From an uncultured Clostridia bacterium (GTDB lineage: Bacteria > Bacillota > Clostridia > TANB77 > CAG-508), in the NCBI GenBank assembly GCA_944392665.1, contig CALXXJ010000001.1, positions 96,754 through 160,753 on the forward strand: a DNA stretch of 64,000 nucleotides. Reading direction: 5' to 3'. Positions 38,401 to 50,400 of the stretch are shown here, piece by piece. Each line of letters begins with the position of its first letter. Position 1 is the stretch's first letter. A program made the translations under genes and the position numbers. The notes under the pieces were generated by a model. It saw nothing but the letters and a program-made list of their open reading frames with translations, was not told where the DNA came from and did no database searches.

Positions 38401-41400
38401 ACTATAGTCTAAGTAATTATCTCCGTCTTTTACTTGTAATTGTTCTAAGTTAGATAATGTTAATGTATATGTTTGTCCGATGACTTTTTGTTCTCCATTT
38501 ACCATACTTAGTTTGTCTTGTACTTGTAATGCTTTATTTACTTTTGTCCAGTCTGGTTCTACACCATCAATTCTAATTGCTAAATCCTCTAATGCTAATT
38601 TTCCTGAATCATAATATTTATCTACCATGTCAAATACCATTGTAAATGTTTTTCCATCATAGTCTATATCTGTTGTATTATATTGGTATATTACCTCTGG
38701 TTCAATAAAGTCTACAAAGTCTGTAAGAGTTGTTGTTTCTTCTTTGATTGTATTTCCTTTCATATCTCTTGATGCATTTGGATCAATGTGAACTTCTAAG
38801 CTACCACTTAGTTCTCTATAATCTCTACCTGAAGCAATAAATTCTGCATCATTTTCTACAATACTTGTAATTTCTAATACATATTGATGTCCTAAAACCT
38901 TGATTTCTCCATCCACATTTGCCTTGATTTCTGTTGTACTAATGATGTTCTTTGTGATTTGGTCATCAATTTGTACGCCATCCATCCATACGGTTAATTC
39001 ATCTAATGTTACTGGATCTGTTGGGTCATAGTTTTTATCTGTTACATTAAATACAAGAGTTTCTTTTTCAAGTGTTTCGTCTTGTGTTTTTTGTATATCA
39101 TATACTTCTAGATCTGTTTTATCAATCTCTCCTACATCAAGTACTTGTGTATTTGATTGATTTCCATATTGATCTGTTACAACTCCTGCTGTAATTTCTA
39201 GTGAAATATGACCACCATTATCATTTTTATATTTTGCCGTATCGCCTATGATAGGTTCAACTGGTGTAAATTCTATATATCCACCATCTTCTGGTGTTAT
39301 ATTTTGTAATGTTAATGTATATTCATATTCTTGATTTGGTACGATTTCCGTTGGACCTTCTAATATTGTAGCAATTGCTGTTGATGGTGTTCCATTTACG
39401 AAAATTGTAATAGAATCTTCTGTTACATTAAAGATACTTTGTTCTTTATTTAAGAATTTATCTTTTATACGAATTTTTACTGTTTCTGCATCTGTATCTA
39501 CTTCAGCTACGCTCCATACTGGTGATACAACATCCACATTTACTGCTTCATCATGTCCATCCTCTGTTTCTGGTTCATCAATACCTATTGTGATAGTTTT
39601 TGCATTATTTGTATTTCCAGATTTATCTGTTACGATACCTGCTGGGAATGCTAATGTCATAACTCCACTATAATTTTCTGCGTCTCCTTGGTCTAAGTCA
39701 GTAATCACTAATTGATATCTTTCTCCAACCACTGTATTGTCTACACCATTTACTGTTGCTGTTAAATCTGAAAGTTTTGTTAATGTTTTTGTTGCATTTG
39801 TTGCGACAACGCCTCCTACTGTTATGGTGATATTGTTTGCTACTGTGTCTGCTAATAGGTCTGTGTTGTCAAAATATTTATCTGTTACATCAAATACAAC
39901 GGTTACTGTTTTATTGTCATGATCAATTGTTGTATCAGCATATTCATAAGTAAATTCTGGTTTTACAAAGTCTGCAAACATAGTTCCGTTTGTGTTAGAT
40001 TCTATGTTTCCATCTTTGAATGTTACATTTATCCAACTTCCACTTTCATCTGTTTCCATCATGTTTTGGTTTCCATAAGCGTCTTTTAAAACATTTGCTG
40101 TATATGTGCTTGTATCTTCTCCTCTTCCACCTATCTTGATTTCTACATTACCACTCCATTCTTTGAAGTTCTTTCCGCTTTGACGTAATGCTTCTTCAAA
40201 GTTTGATAAGGTAATGGTATGTGTTACTTCTGCACTTGTTGCTGATGGGCTTGCTGCAGATACTGCTTTTGTAATACTTGGTGCTTCTTCCCCATCTATA
40301 AATACTGTAATTGCTGAATTTGATAAGCCTGATGTTACATTACTATTGTATTTAATATTTACACCATTTACAGTTTGTGTTTTATTTGCATTTGCTTTTA
40401 CGACAATACTTAATGTTTTGTTTGCCGTATTTAGTGAGCTTGAAACTTTTGTCCATTCTGGTTTGTATATTGGGGTTATGGTTCTTCCTGTTGAAACAGC
40501 TATTGCTCCTTCTGCTGTGCTTGTATCTCCACTACTTGTTTTAAATGATGTTCTATTTTTGTAAATTGCCTCTGGTGCATAAATGATTGCTCCAGATTTT
40601 CCACAGTTTGTTGCAAAATTGCTATTTGTATCTGCTATTTTTGTAAATAATGGTCCTAGGTCTAATGCTGTCATAGCTGATTGTCCACATCCCTCAAACA
40701 TACTACTCATGTTAGTTGCAGAACTTGTATCAAATTTATCACCTAAGTCTAAACTTGTCATTGTGCCAGCTCCTGCATAATAGAACATTCCAAACATATC
40801 TTCTACACTGCTTGTATCAAAATTATCTCCTAGGTCTAAACTTGTCATTGAAGTATTACCTACACTAGAAAACATATTTTGCATTGTAAGGACATTACTT
40901 GTATTAAATTTGTCTCCTAAGTCTAAGCTTGTCATTGCTGTATATCCTGTTCTATCAAACATTTGCGCCATGTCTGTTACCTTACTTGTGTCAAAGTTTT
41001 CACCTAAATCCAAAGTTGTCATTGCTGAACTTCCTGCTCCTGCAAACATTCCATTCATATTGGTTACATTTACTGTATCAAAATTATTGCCTAAATCTAA
41101 TGTTGTCATTTTACTAAAGCCTGTATTATAGAACATATGATTCATATCTGTTGCAAGTGTTGTATTGATAGCTTCTAATCCATTGATTACGTTTGTTGCT
41201 GTAGAATTTGAATCATATCCTATATGTGCAAATAAATAACTTGAATCTCTATTAGCACACATAAATGCGTCACTTCCAATATATACTTGATATGGTCCTG
41301 TTCCTGTATACCATGCCCAAATTGAACCATCTTGTGCTGCTGAAACATCCCATTTATTGTCTCCTGCATCTTCAGTACTTCCTAAGAATGTTACACTTTC

Positions 41401-44400
41401 TATATTTTGTCTTCTTAAATCTGCATTTCCTAAGAAAGGACTTGTTGGTTCTGTTTCAGTTGTTGCTGGCATTAAGGTTGTATACAATTTGATTTCATAA
41501 TCATCATTGATATTTCCAGATTGATCTGTCAAAGTACCTGCTGGAAGAACTACATTGACTTGATCTCTATCTGTTGGAACTCCTGTAATACTAATTGTAT
41601 ATTGTGCACCATATTGTCTTGTTGAACTTACTCCATTAACCATGACAGATTCATTTAATGCTGTTTCTGTACTTAGTGATATACTAACTGAACTTGTAAT
41701 ATCTGTTCTTGTTGTTCCTGTATATGCATATACTTTTATTTTATCCACTGCTAGTGAATTGCTTGCATAATAGGTATCTGTTCCATTTACTACGATATTA
41801 GCTGTTTTTGACATTAAATCTAATGATCCACCTGATGTTCTTCTCCAAATTGGTTGCACAACATCCACAACTATTTGATCACCTGTTTCGTCTGGAATGC
41901 TAACACCTGATGTGATTGTTTTAGCAATATTCTTGTTTCCTGTTCTATCAGCAATTTTATTTGCTGCAACACCTACAGTTACAATACCACTATAATCTAA
42001 TGTTGTATTTCCTTCTTTTATCTCTAATTCTTCTAAATTAGAAATGGTTAGCACATATCGATATCCTATAACTGTTGAGTCTACTGTTTCTACTTGTCCT
42101 GTTGTTTCATTTGTCATTTTTACATTTGTTGCTGTTATTTCTGTTGGCTCTGCAAGTTTTATGGTTACTGGTTCATTTTTTAGATTATATGTATGTTTAC
42201 CATCAGCCATTTGAATGGTTAAATCATTTAATGTCAATGTTCCACTTGTATAATATTTATCTGTTACGGTAAATGCCATTTGGAATGATTTTCCGTCTGC
42301 ATCTGTTCCGATTCTATCAATATCTGATGTCAAATATTCATAAGATAAATATGGATTTACAAAGTCTACAAAGTCTCCTGTAATCGTTGCTTTGTTATTT
42401 GTGTTGTCAGATTCATCTTTTACTGCATTTTCTGCAATGTCAATTGAAACTGTACCACTCCAATCTTTATATCCATTTGCATTGTTTGCAAGTTGTTCAA
42501 AATCTGATAATACTAATTTATATTGCATACCAATTAACTGTTCTGTTCCATTAATAGTTGCATATATTTCACCATTTGCTTTATAGGTAATATTTCCAAC
42601 TTTTTGATCTGCAGTTCTTGTATTTGCTGTTAGTGATTTTGTTAAATCTGCAGATTCACCATCTACATAAACTTGTATTTCATCAGCTTCTAATGGATCT
42701 TCTGTTGAGAAATATTTATCTGTCGCATTAAATATGATGGTTTCTGTCTTAGCTGTTTTATCAATTTGTGATGAAACTTTCATAATCTCAGGTTTTAATG
42801 TATCTATCATGCCTAAGTCAATGGTTAGTGCTTCATTTGTATTACTTGATGTATCTATAATTGTTCCAGCTGGTGCAATTATTTTTACATCTCCACTATA
42901 TTCTCTATAAATTCTTCCATTTTCAATTGCCGTTTTAAATGATTCTTCTGATTCTTCAAAGTTTGACAATGTTAATGTGTATTTTACTCCATTTGCCTCA
43001 GCTTCTGATACATTTTCCTCATATGTTTCAGTTTCTGAATCCCATTTGATATATGTTGGTGTACTTAATTCTTTTATCAATTCTGGTGCATTGATTGCCA
43101 CTCCATCTCCATCTAATACTTGTATTTGGGCTTTTAATTCATCCCCTGCTACAAGCATATTTGAGAAATATTTGTCTGTAGCAATTAAATCCATGGTTGC
43201 TTTTGTAACTCCATTTTCAAATACAGTATTGACATTTTGTACTGCCCAAATTGGTTTTACTACATCAACAATTTCTTGTTCTCCTGTTCCATCTGGTTCA
43301 TCAATTCCTATAGTAATTGTTTTTGCAATATTTGTATTATTTGAAGTATCTGTTGCAATTCCACTTGGAATGGTTATACTCATTGGTCCACTGTAATTAT
43401 GTCCTCTTCCTTGATCTAGATTTGATATAACTAATCTATATCTTTCCCCAACTTTTGTTGTACTATCTGGATAATAAATGTCTTCTACCTTTTGTAATGT
43501 TTTTACAACATTTTCATTTACATCTGATGCATCATTATCTAACATTTTTACTGTAATGTCATCTACTCTACTAGTAATTGTTGTACTATCAAAATATTTA
43601 TCTGTTATATCAAATTCAACGGTTACTGTTTGATCATCTTGATTAATATCTGTTTCTGAATAGGTATATGTAAATTCTGGTTTGATAACATCTGCAAACA
43701 TAGCATCTTGTGCAATATCTAAGTTTGTGTTTCCATATGTGTCTGCTAATATACCTTTCGCAAATTGTAATGATACATCACCACTCCACTCTTTATATGG
43801 TTTTCCTGCTTGTCTTGTAGCTTCTTCAAAATTTGCTAATGTAATCACATATCTTGTTTCATTAATTGAACTTTCTTCAACAATATTAGATATTAATCCA
43901 CTAACTGGTTCTTCATCAATATATACTGTTATATCATCAGCTGTTATCATTCCAGTGATATCACTTACATAATTGATATCTATATTGCCAATTGTTTCTA
44001 CTCTTTGTGCTTTTGCTTCTACAATAATAGTCATTGTTGGGTTTGCTGGATCTGTTACTTTATCTAAACTACTTGATATGACTTCAAGTTCTGGTCTATA
44101 GATTGGGTTTATGGTTCCTCTTGTATATGCAATCGTTGTTCCACTTGTATTATTTAATCTAAATGCATTGTTATTTGAGTAAATGGCTTCTGGTGCATAG
44201 ATAATCGCTCCAGATTTTCCACAATTTGTTGCAAAATTACTGTTTGTTGTTGGAATTTGTGTAAATACTGGTCCTAAATCTAATGCTGTCATGGATGTTT
44301 GTCCACAACCATTAAACATATTACTCATATTGGTTACATTTGTTGTATAGAAACTGTCACCTAAATCTAAATCTGTTAATTTTGCATATCCTGTATTTTG

Positions 44401-47400
44401 GAACATTGCACTCATATTTTGTGCATTTTCTGTATAGAAGTTATCTCCTAAGTTTAATGTTGTCATTGATTGATATCCACAATTTGCAAACATATTTTGC
44501 ATGTTTGTTACTAAACCTGTGTCAAACATAAATGCTTTTTGGCTACTTGTTGCACTTTCACTCGCATTTAAGTTTAGTGTTGTCATTGATTGATATCCAC
44601 AATTTGCAAACATATAACTCATATCTTGCACAGAACCTGTATTAAAGTTATCTCCAAATGTTAATGTTGTCATTGCTTTTTCACCACAGCCTTCAAACAT
44701 ATGACTCATATTGGTTACTCTACTTGTCATAAAATTATCGCCTAAATCTAATGTTGTCATTTTTTGAGTTCCACAATGTGCAAACATATAACTCATATTA
44801 GATACTCTTCCTGTTTGTAATAAATCAAGATTTGTTATTGTATTGGTTGCTGTGGTATTACTTGCAGATCCAATATAAGAGAATAAATAACTTGAATCTG
44901 TATTTGCAAATATTCCACCATTACTTCCAATATATACTTGATATGGTCCTGTTCCTGTATACCATGCCATGATAGATTCATCTTGTACGGCTGATACATC
45001 CCATTTTGTTGCATTTGCATTTTCTAAGCTTGATACAAATGTGATACTTTCTATATTTTGTCTTTGGATATTGTGTGGATTTCCTAAGAAGATTCTTGTT
45101 GCATCATTTCCTGCTGTTGCAAAACTTTCTCCTGATGCTGACATTAAACAACTATATAATACCATTTGTATTTCTTCACTTGTATTTCCTGATAAATCTT
45201 GTAATGTACTATCTGGTATTCTGATTTTTGCTTGTTCTCCATCTACATCAAATCCCGTTACTTTGATAACATATGTTACACCAATTTGTACTTGGGAACT
45301 TTGTCCATCAATTGTCCAATTTTCATATATTGGTGTTGAACTTTCTATCGTGATTGTTCTTCCTGATGTTTCATCATTGACAACAACTAATTCTCCATCA
45401 ATATATAATTCAATATCATCAACTGTTAATGAGCTTTTTGAGAAATATTTATCTGTTCCTCTTAATGTGATTGTTGCCTCTTGATTATTAATATCCACTA
45501 CTTGACTTTCTACTGTCCATACAGGGCTTACAATATCTAACACTTCTTTATTTCCAGTTTCATCTGGTAAGTCAATTCCCATTGTGATTGTTTTTTGAAG
45601 ATTTGTATTTGCAGAAGTATCTGATATTTTACCTGGTGCTAATGTAATCGTTACATTACCACTATAGTCTAAGTAATTTCTTCCTGTAGCAATTTCTGCT
45701 TGTTCAAGATTTCTGATAGTTAATGTATATGTTTTACCAATTACTTGGTTTGTTACAGATTGTACTGTTCCATTAACTGTTTTATTAAATGGTCCTACTT
45801 CTACTTTGTTCACTTCTGATAATCCGAATTCTACTCCTGGAATATCTTTCAAATTAATATAGTTTGTATCAACTGTACCATCTTGCATCATAATTGTTAA
45901 ATCATTTACTGTTAATGTACTATTTGCATAATATTTATCTGTTACATCAAATACAATTTGCACTTCTGTTTCTCCCTGTGCATTCTCTACTCTGCTTGTT
46001 TCTGAAGATTTATATATAATACTTGGATTGATAAAGTCTACTAAATCTCCTACCATTGGTTGGCCTTCACTTGTATTTGTTCCATCTGCTTTTCTACCAC
46101 CACTTGTATTTCCATATTGGTCTGTTGCAATACCTTCATCGATTTCAATAGATACGGTTCCACTGATTCCTTTGAAGTCATATCCATTTTCTAATCCTGT
46201 TGTTTCAAAATCTGATAATACTAATGTGTAACGTCTACCAATTGTTTGATTCATGCCATCAATTGTTGCAGTTAATGTTTCATCTAATTGTAATTCTTTT
46301 GTTACAATTGTTGTTTCTTCTCCATCAACAAAAACATGTATATCATCCACATCTAAATCGATTGAACCAAAATATTTGTCTGTTACATCAAATGTAATGG
46401 TTTCTGTTGGCTTCTCTGGTATTGGATTTCCAGCTTCTCCTACTGCATATATTTTGCTAGATACTTTTACTGTTTCAGGTTTAACTGTATCTTCATTTTT
46501 ACCTAGGTTAAATTCTTTAGCTAAGTTTGTATTTCCAGAAGAATCCTCTAATGTATTTTCTGGTATGGTAACGGTTATTGAACCACCTGTTGATTCTCTA
46601 TATAGTCTTCCGCCTTCTTCTCCATCTTCATATTTTCTTCTTGCTTCTAAAAATTCTTCATATGTTTCTGCTAAACCTTGTGATACGCTATCTGGTATGG
46701 TTAATGTATATTTTTGTCCATTTGTTACTGCAATAGGTCCAGTTATATTTACTTGAGATGTTATATTTGAACCTTTTAATGTTACTTGTATTTGGTTCTT
46801 TAATTCTTCTGCAGTTAAAGGATATTTAGAAAGGTATTTATCTGTTGCAATTAAATCTGCTGTTGTTTCTGTTAGATTTTCTATTTTCCAAATTGGATCA
46901 ACTACGTCAACGATAACTTCTGAATCATGTCCATCTCCTGTTGTTGGATCATCAATTCCTATGGTAATGGTTTTTGCTAAACTACTATTGTTTGCGTCAT
47001 CTGTTACCACTCCTGCTGGGAACGATAATGTCATTGGGCCACTATAATTATGCCCATCTCCACTATCTAATCCTTCAATCACTAATTGATATCTTTCTCC
47101 TACTTTGTGGTTATCTGTTCCATATACGATGTCTTCAACTTTTGTTAATGTTTTGGTTATAACTGAATTTGCTGCTGCATCTTCATCTACTTTTACCGTA
47201 ATGTTATTTGCATTAATGGTTGATTGTTTGAAATATTTATCTGTGACACTGAAATAGATTGTTACAATATTTGTATCAGTGTTGATCTCTGTATCATAGT
47301 ATTCATAAGTAAATTCTGGTTTGATAAAATCTGCAAACATTTCTGTATCATCTGATTTTTCTAAGCTTGGGTTTCCATAACTATCTACCAATGTATCTTT

Positions 47401-50400
47401 CATATATTTTAAGGTTACATCTCCAGCCCATTCTAAGAAACTCTTTCCACTTTGTCTTACACTTTCTGCAAAGTTGGTTAATGTCAATGTGCATGTTACC
47501 GTTTGTCCTTGTGTTGAATTTGCACCACTAATTGTTTTTGTAATTGTATCATTTGCACTTGCATCTCCATCTACACTTACTTCTACTAATGCAGTTGTTC
47601 CATTTACAAATTTATTTGTTACTGTTTTTGTGTAGTTTGCATAATTTGTAGCATCTACAGTTCCTTGTAATGTGATAGTTAATGTTGAATTTGTTGTATT
47701 TGCTGTAAAGGTTCCTACATTCCATTCAGGTTGATATTTTGGATTGATGGTTCCTCTTGTAAAGTCTATAGTTGTAGTTGAATTTGCACTTAATTTAAAT
47801 GCATTTTCATTTTCGTAGATTGCTGAACCTGCATAAATTGTGATTTCATCAGATTTTCCACAATTTTTCATAAAGTTTGTATTTGTATTTGCAATTTTAG
47901 TAAATGCTGGTCCTAAGTCTAATGTTGTCATAGATACTTGTCCACAGCCATCAAACATGTTTGACATATTTGTTACTGAAGTTGTATAGAATAATCCTCC
48001 TAAATTTAGACTTGTTAATTTTGAAGCACCAAAATTTTGGAACATACTGTCCATATTGGTTACTTTACTTGTGTTAAATTTATCTCCTAAGTCAAAACTT
48101 GTCATATTTGAATTTCCACACTCTTTAAACATGCTATTCATATACATTGTTTTACTTGTATTGAATTTATCTCCTAAATCTAGGCTAGTTAAGCTTTCAG
48201 TTCCACAATATTGGAACATAAAACTCATATCTAATACATTTGTTGTATCAAAATTATTTCCTAAGTTAAGAGTTGTCATTTCATAATGTCCTGTATTATC
48301 AAACATATTTGCCATATTAAATACTTTACTTGTGTTAAATTTACTTCCTAAATCTAAACTTGTTAGTTTTCTAAATCCTGTATTAATGAACATACTTTTC
48401 ATAGTGGTTACTTTACTTGTATCAAAATTGCTTCCTAAATCTAATGTTGTCATTGCATTATATCCACAATATTGGAACATATAACTCATATCTGTTACAG
48501 TACTTGTATCTAGTATTTCTAGATTTTTTATTGTCTCTGTCGCACTACATACATTTGAATATCCTATATAAGAGAATAAACGACTTGAATTTTGATTTGC
48601 TAGCATAGCACCTTCACTACCAATATATACTGTATATGGTGCTGAAGTTTGTTTTGTCCATGCTAAAATTGATTCATCTCCTAATGCTGATACATCCCAT
48701 ACTTGTTGTACCCCATCATCTGTTGAACCAGATATACCTGATACAAATTCAACACTTTCTATATTTTGTCTTTGTATACTAGTAGGTCCACCTAAAAATG
48801 GACTTGTATCATCACTTTCTGTTGAAGCTGATTTCAAACGACTATATAAAAGAATCTCATTTGCAGCACTCTGGTTTCCTGATTGGTCTTCGATTGCTCC
48901 TGCCACAATTTCTAATTTTGCCTCATTTGCATCTAAGTTAATACCTGTAATCGTAATCGTATATTCGGCTCCAATTTGCACATTCGAACTTACCCCATTT
49001 ACTAATCTAGTTTCTGTGATTGCTGTTGGACTACTAATTGATATAGAACCTGGTGTTGTTGCCACTCCATCTAAATAGAATTTTATATCACTACTTGTCA
49101 ATGTGCTTTGTTTAAAGTATTTATCTGTTGCTTTTACTTTTACTGTTGCTTTACGATTTGCAAGGTCTAAAGTTACACCATTTTCTACATTTGTCCATAC
49201 TGGATCAACTACATCAACAATAACGCCTGAACCATCATCTGGGTTGTCTGTATAGTTTTTCTCATCTATACCAACTGTGATTGTTTTTGCATTATTGGTA
49301 TTTCCTGATTTATCTGTTACCATTCCTCCTGGTACAGATAATGTAACAGGTCCACTGAAGTCTAAGTAACTTTTTCCTGTTGCAATAATGTCTTGTTGTA
49401 ATTCTGATAATGTTAATGTATATCTACGTCCTACAGTTTTTCCACTTTCTGTTATATTCTCTTCACTTAAACCAATATTAACTGGTGTTTGTTTTAAGTT
49501 TGTTCCATCCATTAATATGGTTAAATTATCTAAGCTAATATTTTCTGATGCATAATATTTATCTGTTACATCAAATACAATTTGTGCTGTTTTTTCAGTT
49601 TGATTAATATCTGCTGATGAATATTCATATGTAATAACTGGTCTTACAAAGTCGGCAAACATCACATTATCCATCATATGGTCTGCTGTTGCACTGTCTT
49701 TTATCTCAACTCGTTGCATTGTTCCTTGTTCATCTGATTGTTCCAACGTTCCATTTCCATAAGCATCTACAAGCATTTCACTTGCAATTTGTAATGCTAC
49801 ATTTCCTGCCCATTCGAAATATGATTTTCCAGATTGTCTTGTCGTTTGTGCAAAATTATCTAAAATAATTTCACATGATACCGTTTCAGCTGGTCCATTG
49901 ACAACCATTGAAAGTTCTTTTTGGATTGTACTTGCTTCTGCTCCATCAATTCTGACTCTAATTTTTTGGTTTGAGAATACAGAATCTTCTGATAATTCTC
50001 CATTTGAGAAATTGTTAGTTACTGTTTTTATAGCATCTGCATAATTTGTTGCATTAACTCTTCCTTCTAGTCTTACAATCAATCTTTGATTTGCTGAATC
50101 ATAGGTAGAATATGTTTTTGTCCATTCTGGTTTATATTTTGGAATAATGGTTCCTCTTGTATAACTAATTGTTGTTGAAGAATCTGTACTTAATTTAAAT
50201 GCATTTTTGCTTGAATAGATTGATGAACCTACATAAACCTTCAATGCTCCAGATTTTCCACAGTTTGTTGCAAAACCTGTATTTGTACTCGCAATTTTTG
50301 TAAATGCTGGTCCTAAATCTAAGCTTGTCATTGCTGTTTGTCCACATCCATTAAACATATTTGTCATATTGGTTACAGCTGTTGTATAGAATTTTTCTCC